From: Raillietiella orientalis
Lineage: Eukaryota
NCBI GenBank assembly: GCA_036172245.1
Contig: JAYWIR010000053.1
Coordinates: 186,001-250,000 of the forward strand
Reading direction: 5' to 3'
Length of the DNA stretch: 64,000 bases
The notes under the pieces: generated by a model
Told to the model about the DNA's origin: nothing
Databases searched by the model: none
Seen by the model: only the letters and a program-made list of their open reading frames with translations
Shown: one piece after another, positions 1 through 12,895 of the stretch
Numbering within the stretch: position 1 is the stretch's first letter
Layout: every line of letters begins with the position of its first letter
Program-made: the position numbers and the translations under genes

Positions 1-1415
1 GCAGCTTGCGTTCAAGTGGACCGACTTGATCGATTTCGTGGTGACGAACCTGTACGCTCCGGTGAGCAGCCACAGGGCCGAGGAACGCATTGCGTTCTTC
101 CAATCCCTGCGGTGAGACTGGTTGGCTGAAGCAAGCGTACGGCGGGCGCACCTCATCGCGGGCGACTTCAATCTCCGCCTGCTTGCAGGTGCTCCCAGCA
201 GTCGAGCACAACTAGTCAACGAGCTGTGCGCAGCAATGAATGCGCGCAACTTGTTGGCCGGTGATGCCAAGAGAGATCGGAACATCGACCACATGTTCCT
301 CGACAACCACCTGTGCACGCGGGTGGGAACTCGAGGAACGCTCCCGGCAGAGCTGTCCGACCATCCACGGCTCGTGCTCGAGTTGCATCCGCGGAATGAG
401 GGCCCTCCCTTGAAGACGTGGCGCCTCCCAGGGGACTGGATGCGCCTCGCAGGAGCGGCGGAACATCTACGCGCGTTCCTGCGAGTATTCCATCTTGAGA
501 CGCTCGCGGACTGGGACGAAATGAAGTGCTCAGTCCGCGAGTTTTGCGACCAGTTTCCCCTGGAACGTCTGCCGCCGAGCTTCGGCAATGGGGTCAGGAA
601 CGAACGGGCCTACCTTCAGGCCCGCTGGTATTCCAGGCGTCCCGACGTCCGGCGCTTGGCGGAATTCAAAGCTGAGGCGGAGAGGCAGGCCTGGCAGTCA
701 GGCTCGGCCTGCTTGCTACACCATCAGGGCCAATAGCGCTTCAGCCCAACTCAGGTATGCCGCATCGTGCGGAAGTTCTATTCCTCCTTGTACGCGCCAC
801 TAACACCGGAGCGCCATTTCGCGCGGCAAGTGCTGCAGGATGGCCTCCCCGCACTCAAGGAGGAGGATCGTTTCACGTTGGCAGAACCGTTCACGATGGT
901 GGAGGTTGTCTCCGCCATCAGCAGGCTCAAGAATAGGAAGGCACAAGGAGAGGACGGCCTGCCCGCGGAGTTTTACAAACACTTCGCGGCAGAGCTGGCC
1001 CTTCCGGTGCTCAGGTTGAGTACGCTGATCCGCGAACACGGCGAAGTTCCCGCCTCGTTCCGGTCAGCAAAAGTACGTCTCCTGCCGAAATCAGGAGACT
1101 TACGCAACATTGGCAACTGGCGTCCCATCACAGAAGTGAATGCGGACGCAAAGCTGTATGCCAAGTATTGGGCTGAGCGCTTGGGGCGGGTGGCCGCTTC
1201 CGTGATCAGTCCGGAGCAGACCTATGCTGTTCCCGGACGAAGCATCGAGTCAAACCTGCTTCTCGCCAGCACATGGTGGCAGTTGCGACAACGCGTTGCC
1301 CAGAAAGGTCAAGGGAGTCTTGCGCTCCCCTCTGACGAAAAACATCGGATAGAGGGTGGGAGGGACTCGGCGGGAGCCTTTGCAGTCGCGGTCGACTTGG
1401 GCAAAGCATTCGATT
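1..1415 (+). mobile_element. L1/Tx1-like LINE, family A, copy A0 left part (endonuclease to RT motif AVDLGKAFD), interrupted by D1
   Basis: ORFs 122-736 and 767-1540 carry HLIAGDFN, IDHMFL, SDH, KAQGEDGLPAEFY, WRPIT, QTYAVPGR and AVDLGKAFD. Internal stop at 734. Closely matches 17180-18590. Confidence 0.93.
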
Positions 1416-1632
1416 TTCATCCGGATTTCTCCAAGTCGTTTATTAAAAAAATAAACGACGTAAACAAATTATTAATGGCTGTGGCAATGCTCCAGCCAGA
1501 AGCTAAGAACCACGGCGCCTGCCAATTCACCGGTTTCTAGACCGGTACCGTCCACCAAGGCAGCAGGGGAAAGGGGAAAAACAAAAAAAAACCAAAAAAA
1601 AAAAACAAAGGGTGGGAGGGAACGGGAAGGGT

Positions 1633-3761
1633 TCACTGTTGCTGCTGGGGCTGCATCATTCCTCTCAGGAGGCTGGCAAGCTCTTGTTTGTTGCGAACAT
1701 CCAGGTGGGCCATCGCGACGTTCTCCTCAGGAATTCGGAGGCGCACTGGATGGCTTCCTGATCGCTAGGTCCTCCCTTCGCCGTGCTCCAGGCGGCGACG
1801 ATCCCACGAAGGCAGCACAAGGCTGCTATCGAGGACGCTGGCCGCAGGGCGTCGGCAACGAAGAAGGCTTTTAGTGCGTCCCTGGGGTTGCTGCAAGGGA
1901 TATTGATGGCCGCGTCAAAGCGGAATTAAAAGGGCCGAAGGGCAACACAATCCACTAGGAGGTGGGGGAGGGAATCACGTTCCCGCACCTTACACAATTG
2001 GGATCCACCGCTCCCCAGGTCCAGTGGTGTCGACGGGCGTTGCAGGGGAGTCCCCAGTGCTGCAACAGGAATGCCGACTCTTGCCATTTCAGGGGGAGCA
2101 TGGAAGTGTTCATAAGAATCGGAGGCCACTTCAGATGTTTAATCACAACATCCAGCAGCGCTCCCCAGCGCAGAAGTCCATTAGGAAGCGTACTCGGGGT
2201 CGCAGCGTCTGTTAACTGGCCCGTCTTCCACTCTCCTATCTTCTTCTCCTTTCCGGAGATTGTTACTCTAACCACCCACTTCGCCGCAACATCGCTGTTT
2301 AAATCTTCCATTAGGGAGGGCAGCGCAGCAGCGGGGGGGTTCTTCCTGCCAACGCCCTCTTCTTTGGATCCTCCAGGATCTCGCGAAGCGTGCCACTTCT
2401 GTAACCCGCAAACAGGAACCTTAGTTCCTGTTGGGAGCGTTGCTTGCCGAACTGTCCCCACGTCGAACGGTTTCCTGCAACCAGGCACTACCGTCCAAAC
2501 GGCGACAGGTGAGCAATCCTTTATTTCTGCGATACAGCGCAGCCACCCTCCGTAGTTGGAGTCCGCATCGGTTGACGCGGCGACGGAGTGCAAGAAACGA
2601 CGTCAGTCCCGTCTTGCCGGTGGGTTGCTGGAGAAGGAGACGTGCAGGGACGCACCAACAGGTGCACCGCAACTCTGGAACGAGTGCCGACATTCGGAAC
2701 TGGAGCTTAAGCTCTAGCCTCTCCAGCGTCGGGAGGCCCAGACCACCATCCCGACGAGGAGCGCACAAGACCTTTAAGCGGATTCGGGCCCTCCCGTTGC
2801 CCCTAAGGGCGATGCAGAGGAGGTCCTTTGTCCGCTTTTTAATTCTCGCTGTGGGGGGGCAAACAAAAAGCAGGGGGCGGAGGAGAGGAGCCGCGAACGT
2901 GTTCCAAACCGCGGTCCGTTCAGGCAGGAAAAAACTGCCGCCTCGGAACGGGCCGATAGCCGTCTCTACTTTTTGAAGGCAGCCGGACCACGCTTCCGCA
3001 TGGGAGTAGTCCCCCAACGGCACACCAAGGTAGTTGAAGTACCTCACCGTGAGGATCCCCAAACGGACCTAGTCCTGCTGCCCTGCCCACGCCGCACCAA
3101 CTGACATCACGGACGACTTCGCCCTGTTCACCGTAAGCCCGGTTCCTCGATTCAGCAGGTCGAAGAACTTCTCGACCGCCGAAGCCGGGGTGGACATAGG
3201 GAGCACTAGCAGGAGGTCGTCCGCATATGCTGAAACCGCAGGCGTTCCGGCGCATTCATGTGGCAGGTGCGCCAGAGTTCCCCTGAACGCTTTCAGTACT
3301 AACTCAAAGTAGGTACTGAAGAGCAAGGGGCTTCGGCTGTCTCCTTGCCAAATTCCACGTCGCACCGGCACGCCGTGAACAGTATGCCCGCTGAAAGTAA
3401 CATTGATTAGCGCATCGCCCTAGCTAGAGCGCAGATATGCCAATATTGAGGACGGGAAGCCCAAGCGTTCCAAAAGCTCCAGCAGGAGATTCTGGTCGAC
3501 GCTGTCGAATGCTTTACGCAAGTCGACAGCGACCGCAAGTGCTCCCTCCCCGATCCGACCATCCGTCGCATGACTGACGGACTCACCGGAATTCCCGGAG
3601 CGCATAGAGCCCCTTTCGTGTTGGAGCTCTAGCCAGGTGGAAGCGTGGAACAGGTTCGCCTCCATGCTTCGCCCCGGAACAACATACGTCTGTTCCATGG
3701 TGATGAAGGGGTTTGCAAGCCGTCCCAAACGCTCAGCCCAAACCTTAGCTATCAACTTGGC
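1633..3761 (-). pseudogene. D1 ORF2, 3' half (RT motifs, YADD, C-terminal CCHC), with stops and frameshifts
   Basis: ORFs 3420-3839 (AVDLRKAFD), 3069-3371 (QGDS, YADDLL), 2421-3062 (YLGVP, GGLGLP) and 1955-2593 (CVRCG). Confidence 0.9.
3749..3761. repeat. 13-bp target-site duplication of C1 (left copy; right copy 9715-9727)
   Basis: CTATCAACTTGGC is present exactly at both ends of C1. Confidence 0.95.
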
Positions 3762-3860
3762 GTGCGGAAGTGTTTTTTCCGTGCTCCTCTGCGCCTGTTG
3801 TAAAGCATTCTTTTTCGGTAGTGTTTGTGCGTGGAGCATCTGCGGTGTCCAATGGCAGAA

Positions 3861-5921
3861 ATGCCTGAGGACACCGCGATGGAAGTCGGCGGGAGAGAGG
3901 ATTGCTCCTCAACCCAACCTATTGAGGTGAGGGCAACCGCCCCCACGAAGGAGAGAGCAACCGCTTTTTTGAAAAAGGGGGCAACCGCCTCTCCGGAAAC
4001 GAGGGCTACTGCCACCTTGAAAAAGGGAGCAACCGTCCTCGTGCAAAAGGCCGCAACCGCCCCCTTGAAAAAGGGGACAACCGCCGCCTTGGAAAAGGCC
4101 GCAACCTCCCCCTTGAAAAAGGGGACAACCGCCGCCTTGGAAAAGGGCGCAAACGCCTTCTTGAAAAAAAGGGCAACCGCGTCCTTGGATCCACCTGCTC
4201 CATGCACGAAGACCTAGAGCTCCGTGGCTGCAGCGCCATCTCCTGCTGCCTTAGCAGAACAACGGGCCTACATGGAACAAGGATACAAGCCGTCCTTGAT
4301 TTACAAGGTAGGAAACCTGTTTATAGGGAACACCGCTCGTAACTTTGAAAGGGAGTTACAGCGGTTGGGTGTTAAAGAGGAAGACCTGGAAGGTCTCTCC
4401 GTGATGAGTGGGGGCCAGCGTGTTTAGCTGACGTGCGAAAATGCAAGTCTGGCTCAACGCCTGCTGAACACTCCCATCACTCTGGAAGGCCGAAAGGTCT
4501 TCCCTGTAACGGAGGACCGCTCCATTGTTGCCCACCTTACGGGTGTAACTCTTCGCATGACCAAAGCTGGCGTGCAGGAAGAGTTACAAAAACATGGTAC
4601 GGTGCACGCGCTCTGGACCAAGCCCAACGTCTTCTAAACATACGGAAGACTGCTCAGTGGCATGGCTGCAGCGCGTGTGACGGTCCACGACAACAATGGG
4701 CTGTCCCACAAACTCGACGTCGGCAACGAGGTCGTCGACGTCTGGTACGTGGGCAAGCGCAAGTACTGTGGGCACTTTGATGCAACAGGGCACCTGAAAA
4801 AACGGTGCCCTCACATCCAGTGCTTCCACTGCGGCGAAAAGGGCCACCTGCGGAAGGTGTGTTCTAAACGCGAAACCCCGGGTACCCTGCTTTGAAAAAA
4901 GAAAAAGGGAAACGCGCGGGGCGATCGGACAAGCCTTAGGAGGCACCCGAGAGGCGGAACCCACAGCCAGAGCCCGAACCCGTGCAGCAAGCGCCGGTCG
5001 AGGGTACTCCCGACGACGCTGGAGAGAGCGAGGGCTGGCATAAGGCGAAGCCTAAAAGAAAAGAAATTAAAGAAAACCGAAGAACCGACAGCGGAACCCG
5101 CGACATCTTCTTTAAATAGGAGACAACGCCGCGCGTTGCTCCGCGAATGTTCGGTCGCTTTGGAGCGAGTGGAGATCCCCGAGACCTCCACCGGGGGAGA
5201 TATCTCCCGCCTCGTTGACGCCGAAGCCGCGATCGAAAAAGGCGAACCCTCTGTGCAAACAGAGGGGGAGCCGAGCGACGCGCTCGCCGCAATCGAGGAC
5301 ACCGCCTTCCAGCAGGCGGCGGAAGAGCTCGCGGCCGAACTCGCGGAGCGTGAGAACGGCGCACGAAAGGCCTTGCGAAGGCCGGCCACGAGCAAGGCAC
5401 CTCGGACAGGTGACCACGAACCGGATGCCGGAAGTGCGTCCTCCTCCGCGGAGGCGCCTCCGAAGAAGACTGGACGGAAGTCCAAGACTCCCAAGAGGCG
5501 CATCCCGACAAAGAAAGAGGGGGACGCACCGGCATCCGGGGGGGAAGCCGGCAGCGTGGGAACGGAGGGAGGGATTTTCCCACCCCCCGTTACCGAGCAA
5601 CTGGAGACCCCCATGGAGGAGGGGGATAAGGTGAGTGATTGCCGCCCTCTCCCATCGGTGGAACCTGTCCAGGAGATAGCCATGGAGGAGGGGGAGCAGA
5701 CAGCTGACAACCGCTCCCCCCTGCCGTTTAACGCAGCCGACGAATCGACCCCCATGGAAGAGGGGGAGCAGGTGCGTGAAACCCGCCCCATTCAACCGTT
5801 GCGGTCCGCCGAGGAATCGGCCCCCATGGAGGAGGGAGAACCGGTGCGCGGTGATCCTGTTCCTCCATCCGTCCCGCCCGACCAGGTGGCGGGAGCCCCA
5901 TTGCCACTTTCCCAGGAGTAA
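3861..5921 (+). pseudogene. C1 ORF1 (gag-like, zinc knuckles), with several premature stops and frameshifts
   Basis: MPEDT start, YKVG and WYVGK blocks, CFHCGEKGHLRKVC knuckle, low-complexity tail with AAEELAA; colinear with intact ORF1 at 15202-16872. Confidence 0.88.
3933..4184 (+). repeat. Degenerate 24-bp coding tandem repeat (about 10.5 units of ATAPLKKG-like octapeptide) in the C1 ORF1 N-terminus
   Basis: GCAACCGCCCCCTTGAAAAAGGGG-like units every 24 nt. Confidence 0.9.
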
Positions 5922-8900
5922 CACCTGGGCTCGCCTGTCGCCGTCGATTACCCGTGGCCTGCTGGAACGTTAACGGGCTGCGCGACGACGGCAACAGACG
6001 GGACACGGCCGCCACCCTGCGTGACTTCGACCTGGTACTTCTGCAGGAGATCCACGTGATCACCGCGGAGAACGCCCAGGAGATCGAAAGGATCGCAGGA
6101 AGACGGTTGATGTGGCAATGCGGCACCCGATACACCAGCGGCGTCGCGTTTTTTATGAAGCCGGCAGTCGACGCAGCCGTGAAGGGCGTGCGCTTCGACG
6201 AAGCCGGTCGTGCCGGCCAGCTGATTCTCAGGTGGTCCGACACGATCGACCTCGTCGTAACAAATGTGTACGCTCCGAGCGGTCCTACCAGGTACCAGGA
6301 ACGTAAGGCGTTCCTGGAAACCCTGAAGCGCGACTGGCTGGCGGAAGCGAACGTGCGCGTGGCTCACCTGATAGCGGGAGACTTTAATCTCCGCCTGCTA
6401 TCAGGTGAGCCACACGCACAGGAACGGACGGCTAACGAGTTGTGCGCCACCATGCGCACGCGCAACTTGTTAGGGGATCTTTCGGAAATGGTCAGCAGCA
6501 TCGACCACGTCTTCCTGGATGTAGACCTGTATTCACGGGTCGGCAAACGGGGGAAAGTTGCGTCGGAGCTGTCTGACCATTTCCGGTTGATATTCGAGGT
6601 GTGCCCGCGCGACAAGGGCCCCCCATCGAGGGCATGGCGTCTGCCTGGGGACTGGACGCGACTCTCAGGTGCGAGGGAACACCTTCGCGAATTCCTGAGA
6701 GGCGTCACCCTCCGCAATCTCAATGATTGGGACCTTTTTAAGGCCTCGGTCCGCGAGTTTTGCGAGGAGTTCCCCTTGCACCTCCTGCCCCGGGGATTTG
6801 GGGAGGGCATCCGTAACGAACGAGCGTACTTGTATGCCCGTCGTTACAAGAGGACCCCCAATGCCCGTCACCTGGCAGAGTACCGAGCCGGGGCCGAACG
6901 TCGAGTCTGGCAATCCGGAACGGCCAGCTTGCTGGACGACCAGGGCCGGGAGCACTCGGCTCCGGCTAGAATACGGCACCTCGTGCGGCGTTTTTATTCC
7001 TCCCTTTACGCCAGGGCGCCCCCGGACCAAGATGCCTCTCGGCGCTTGCTTCCGAACGGTGCCCCGGCAATAGGGGAGGAGGAGAAGGAAAGCATCGACG
7101 AGCCTTTTACCACCGGCGTAATTCTCGCCGGTATCAAAAGGCTCAAGAGGAGGAAAGCACCAGGGGAGGACGGCCTGCCTGCGGAGTTTTTTCAATGCTT
7201 CGCGGAAGAGTTGGCACCCCTGGTGCTTAAGTTGACAAGGCTGAGCCGAGATGAAGGCGATGTACCCGCCTCGTTTCGATCAGCCAGAGTGAGGCTCCTT
7301 CCGAAAGGAGGAGACCTCAGGAAACTCAGCAACTGGCGTCCGATCACAATTGTGAACACGGACGCCAAGTTGATTGCCGGACTGTGGGCTTCGCGTCTGG
7401 GGCAGGTGGCCAATTCCAAAATTAGCCCGGAGCAGACTTACGCTGTTCCCGGGCGAAGTATGGAGGCCAACCTCTTCTTCGCGAGCACATGGTTTCATGT
7501 GCAGAGTAGTGAAGAAAAGGAAGCGGGAAGGATTGGTAGCCCCGCTTTGGGGGCGTCAGCCGGGCAGGGACAGGACTCCCAGGTGGGAAAGGGAGCCTTA
7601 GCTATCGCAGTCGATCTGCATAAAGAGTTTGACTGCGTGGACCAGGATCTCCTGCTGGAGCTCCTGGGACGCATGGGCTTTCCTCCCTCCCTACTGACCT
7701 ACCCGCGCTCTTGCTGGCGCAGCGCGCTGATCAATATCTCTTTCAGAGGTCAAATGGCGTACGGCGTGCCGGTACGGCGGGGCATACGGGAGGGCGACAG
7801 TCTCAGTCCCCTGCTCTTTAGCACCTACTTTGAGGTGGTGCTGAGAGCGTACAGGGTGAATTTGGCTCCCTTGCCGAGGTCGTGCACCGGCACGCCCGCC
7901 GTAGCAGCGTACGCCGACGATCTTTTGCCTCTGTTGCCGATGTCCACCCCGGCGAAGGCGGTCGGGGATTTCTTCGCTGTGCTTAGCCGCGGGACCGGAC
8001 TTACAGTGAACAAGGCGAAGTCGTCGGTCGTACCGGTAGGTGCGGCGTGGGCTGGGCAGCAGAACTGGGTCCGCTTGAGGATCCCCACGGCGAGGTGCTT
8101 GAAGTACCTTGATGTGCCGTTGGGGGACTACTCCCCTGCGGAAGCGTAGTCCGGCTGCCTCCAAAAAGTGGAAACGGCGATCGGCCCGTTCCTGGAAGAC
8201 AAGTTTCTCCTTCCGGAACGGGCCGCGTTATGGAACGCGTTCGCGGCTCCTATCCTCCGCCCCTTGCTTTTTGTTTGCCCCGTCCCCAGAGAGTTGAAAA
8301 AACGGACGAAGGACCTCCTGAGAATTGCCCTTTAAGGAAGAGGGAGGCCCCGAGTCCCGTTGAAGGACTTGTGTGCTCCACGTCGGGATGGCGGTCTCGG
8401 CCTCTTGACGATGGAGCGAGTAGAGATTCAGCTGCGGTGGCGAACCCTCGCCATCGCAGCGAAGTTATGGAGCACTTCTTGGTGCGTTCCGGCCCGACTC
8501 CTTGCCAGCCGTGTATCCGGGACGGAGGGTCTCGCGTCCTATCTTTTTTGCCGTGGCAAGAAGATCAAGAGATGCGGACTTCTCCTGGGACGCATGGCAA
8601 CTCTGGCGAAGGAAAACGGCTGGATGGTATGCAGCCCCGCCAACTCCTGCGCATGGCTGGAGGAGAGAGCTGGCACGTGGGCGAAGATTAATGAAAAAAA
8701 TTAAGAAATATGGAACTGCCTGCGACGCGGCGCCTATTCCCGCTGCACTCTGCGGAAGATACTCCAGCGTCCCGCGAGAAGCACGTGGGCAGAGACAACC
8801 CCCCTAGCTACGGCGATGCCCTTATTGAGGAGGGCGCTCTCCATCAGCCGCAAGCCTAGGTGGCAAGTCTCCTGCCGCATCGCAGGTAAGGAGAAGTTGA

Positions 8901-9507
8901 TCAGCGGCTGGTCCACGGGTGAACTGACGGACGCCAGTACCCCTAGTGTCCAGCCGAGAGGACTGCAGAGATGGGGCGAGCTACTCGGCATCCAGCCGGA
9001 TGACCTGAAGTGGCCCCCGGTATGAATTGGATCTAGGATCCTCCCCCTGAAGTGGCAGGAGTCGGCGCTTCTGTTGTTGCATTAAGGTCTACCCTGCAGC
9101 GCACGACGCCACCACTGGACCAAAGGTCGAGTAGATCCTACTTGCATCAGGTGTGGGGAACGGGAAACTCTCCCCCACCTCCTTGTTGATTGTGCTGCCC
9201 TCCGACCCCTGTGGGAACGTCTCCGTGCCTCCCTACGGATCCAGGAGGGCAACCAGCCCAGAGACGTTTTTCGGCTTCTGTTCGTGCATGATGCCCTGCG
9301 TCCAGCCGCTGCCCTGGCTGCACTTTGCTGCGTACTCGGGATTGTGACGTACTGGAGCAACGTCGGAAGACCGAATCACGACAGGGATGCCGTCGTACTT
9401 GCAGTCCGCTACCTGCAGATTGTGACCAGATGACCCCACCTGGGGATTATACGGACGGACCTCGAGGGCATCTTGCGAAGGATGGACCCTCCTCCCAGTG
9501 GTCAGTG
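5918..9507 (+). pseudogene. C1 ORF2 (APE endonuclease-RT-CCHC); open for 731 codons, then multiple stops
   Basis: ORF 5954-8149 has WNVNG, LLQE, GDFN, SDH, WRPIT and YADD; stop at 8147 replaces a conserved Trp; downstream fragments include CIRCG..ETLPHLLVDC. Confidence 0.92.
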
Positions 9508-9714
9508 ATCCCTCCCCAACCCTCCCAAATCTTTTTGTTTTTATGTTTTATTTTTCTTTTTGTTTTTTCCCCCACCCCCTTCCGCTGCCGAGGAGAGTCG
9601 CGCAGGTCTGCGTACGGGCGACTTGGCAGGTCCAGTTGAGTTGGCCGTGGTGGGGCCTCGTACCACGAATTATATAGAATTTATAATAAACGCCTTGGCG
9701 TGACCGGGTGGCAA

Positions 9715-11180
9715 CTATCAACTTGGCATCAGCATTCGCTATTGTGATGGGACGCCAGTTCATGCTCCTCAGATCTCCTCCCTTAGGGAGAAGCCGCACC
9801 TTTGCCAAACGAAACGAGGCTGGAACGTCACCTGTCTCGAGTATCAGCAAGGTCAGTTGATGTACCAAGGGGGTTAGCTCAGCCGCGAAAGTTTGATAAA
9901 ACTACGTGGACAGGCCGTCCTCCTCTGGAGTTTTTCGCCTCTTGAGCTTTCCGATGGCCGAGATGATCTCGCCTATCGTGAAAGACTCGTCAAGGGACTT
10001 TTTCTCCTCTTCCCCGATCGCAGGAGCGCCTTCCGGAAGCAGGATTCGTGAGAAATCCCGCTCGGAAGGCGTTCGTGCGTACAGGGAGGAGTAAAAACGC
10101 CGCAGCAGACCGCGGATCTGAGCGGGTGCCGAATGCTCCTGGCCCTGATCGTCCAGCAAGCTGGCCGATCCTGACTGCCAGGCTTGCCTCTTGGCTCCCG
10201 CTTTGTATTCCGCCAGCCTGCGGATGTCGGGGGTCCTGGCGTAACGGCGAGCCCGCAGATAGGCTCGTTCGTTACGTACCCCGTCCCCAAATCCCGCAGG
10301 TAGGCGGTGCAGAGGGAACTCGTCGCCGAACTCCTGGACCGACCGTTTAAAGCGGTCTTAATCCTGGAGTGTCTGCATCCTAAAGCTCCGTATAATCATG
10401 CGGAGATGTTCCTTTGCGTCCGGGAGCTTCAGCCAGTCCCCTGGCAAACGCCAAGCTGAAAAGGGTGGGCCCATGTCGCGCGGATGGATTTCAATCAGGA
10501 TTGGTCGATGGTCGGAGAACTCGTACGGCATCTTGCAGCGCCTGCCCACACGAGTGCACAGGTGTTCATCAAGGAACACGTGATCGATGTTGTCCTCCAT
10601 CGCTGGTACACTGGCCAACAAATTACAAGTGTGCACCGCCGCGCACACCTCGTTGACCAGGTCACGCTCGTGATTCGGCCCATCCGGATTCAGACGAACG
10701 TTAAAATCGCCTGCAACCAGATGGGCATTCCGCACGCCTGCCTTGGTCAACCAGTCGCGATGGAGGGCTAGGAAAAATTCTTTCCTGCGGTGTGGCCCTC
10801 CTGTTCGTCAGGTCCGCTCCGCTCTGGGCGTAAACGTTGGTAACGATCAGGTCGATCATGTCGCACCAGCTAAGAGTCAGCTGGCCGACACGACCGTGAT
10901 CCTCGAACCGAACTACACGGGCGGCGGCCTCGATGGCGGGCCGAAGCAGGTAGGCGACACCACAACTTCTCGATGTTCCACACCGATACCACAGCCGCCC
11001 TCCGTAGATGCGTTCGATCTCGTGCGCTTGTTTTGCAGAGATCACATGGATCTCCTGCAGCAGCACAAGGTCGAACGATCCTAGAATGGCGGCCATGTCA
11101 CGTCTCCTGCCGGCGTCTGTCATTCCGTTCACGTTCCGAACCGCGATGCGCAGACGACGGCGGAAGAAGATTCCCTACAT
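9715..11180 (-). pseudogene. D1 ORF2, 5' half (endonuclease to RT motif 2)
   Basis: ORFs 10701-11132, 10358-10750 (HLVAGDFN, IDHVFL, SDH), 9902-10159 and 9548-9868 (WRPITIANADAKLI). Confidence 0.9.
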
Positions 11181-12895
11181 TACTGCCGGGAAGATGAAGG
11201 TGTGGGGAACCCGCCTCTTCCGAGGCGGGTGAAATGACCATTAGGGTTTCAGCCTCCTCAGGCACCTTGGGTACCTTTCCGGCTTCAACCCCCTCCATCT
11301 CCTCCGTGTCTGTGCGTGGTGGTCTCTCGGGTGACGATTCCCTGGATTCTCCCACGCTCATGGCACCCTCGCAGTCGGAAGTCATCTCCACGCCTTCGAC
11401 CTGGAGAGGGGCTTTCCGGGGTTTGCTGGACTTTTTTCCAGCCTTCCGGCGGGGTGCCGCGGAGATGGAAACTTGGTTTCCGGCCTGCGCTTCGGGGTCG
11501 GAAGTTACCGACTCCTCGGTGGTGGCCGGACAACTCACTGCCTTTTTGCAATCCTTGGAGCGGTCTGGCTGCAACGATGCAGCCAGCTCCTCCGCCGCAC
11601 GCTCGAAGGCGGCGTCATCGATCACGGTCTCGATGACGGACGCTTCAGCCGGTTCGCTCCCCACGCTGTTGACATTTTCAACAGTGGGTTGCTCGTCGGT
11701 GGCAGCGATTTCAACCTTGCGGCGTTCGGCGGGGACGCGTTCCACGACGACGTTGCATTCTTTTAAATTCTCGCTAACCTGCTGTTTTTTATTTTGGTAG
11801 GCGAGCTTTTTTTCGATTCGTCGTTCTTTCTTCGAATTTTTTTTCTTTTTCGCTGTGACTTCTTGCCATTCCAACACCTGACCGCTTTTGTCAATCTTTT
11901 CGGCATTCGTTGCCGGGTTGTCGGTTGAGGCCTGGACCACGGGAGTGGGTGGCACAGCTTGAGCGGCAGCCTTCACCGCCAGTTTTTTCTGAAGGAGCCG
12001 CGCGCGTTTTTTTAGGTTCCTCGCGGAAACCACGCGCACAGCGGATTGTGGACACACTTCCTTCGTGTGACCCATTGTCCCGCATACCAGGCACTATACG
12101 TTGGGGCACCTCCTTTTGAGGTGTCCCGACGTGTTGCAGAAGCCAAAGTATTTGGGCTTCCCCACGTACCAGAGGTCGACGCTTTCTCCGCCGACCACCA
12201 GATTGTGGAGAAGGGTAAAGCACTCCCGAACGGTTACACGGGCAGCCGTGAGGCCGCACTGAACTGTGGTATAGTCCTCGAAAGGACTAGGCTTGGTCCA
12301 TACTGAATGGACCGTGCCTTCTTTTCCAAACGCGGCACGTAACTGTTCTTTCCGCATCCGCGCGGTAACTCCTAAAAGGTGGACCACCATACTGTGGTCC
12401 GCCGTAACGGGAAGGAGTCTGCGTGTCCCCATTACCACGGGGGTTTTAAGCAGATGTTGGGTCAGATCTGCATGTTTGCAGATCACCTCTACGTACTGCC
12501 CCCCGCTACGAATGGTCATAGCGCAGAGCTCCTCTTCTTTAAAATCGAGAGCGCGCATATTCTTCGAAAAGGCGCGCGCACTCTCAACAGATTGCAGATT
12601 TCCTACCTTGTAGAATACTGATGAGTTATACCCCTCTTCCACATAGGCAGATAATTCCGCCGCGGCTGCAGGCGATGGCGCCGACACGACGGCGCTCCAC
12701 GCCCGCGCTGCAGCGGGGACCGGTTTTGTGGAGGCGGACTCCCCACGTCTTCGCCACTGAAGGCGACGTTGCCGCCGCCCCCTGGCACTCCACATTCTCT
12801 AGAGGCGACGTTGCCGCTGCCACCTGGCACTCCATTTCTTCAGGAGGCGACGTTGCCACCGCCCCCTGACACGTACTGGTGGTCGCGTCAGGCAT
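11180..12895 (-). pseudogene. D1 ORF1 (gag-like; N-terminal ~42-bp repeats; zinc knuckles)
   Basis: ORFs 12626-12919, 12094-12795 (WYVGKP..GHLKRRC) and 11098-12075 (GHTKEVC, AAEELAA). Confidence 0.88.

Larger units (their letters stand above)
3762..9714 (+). mobile_element. Full-length LINE, family C (C1, about 5.95 kb), inserted antisense in the RT of D1
   Basis: Starts GTGCGGAAGTGTTTT; contains ORF1 and ORF2; ends AATAAACGCCTTGGCGTGACCGGGTG-GCAA; perfect 13-bp TSD. Confidence 0.95.

Noticed and set aside
3933..4184. CRISPR-like repeat array
   Set aside because: Contiguous degenerate 24-bp coding units with no unique spacers and no cas genes.
4811..5791. Long antisense ORFs (e.g. 4811-5791, 16071-17015, 36260-37300, 38502-39476)
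   Set aside because: Ser/Ala/Phe-rich shadows of GC-rich, low-complexity ORF1 on the opposite strand; no motifs and no conserved start or stop between copies.
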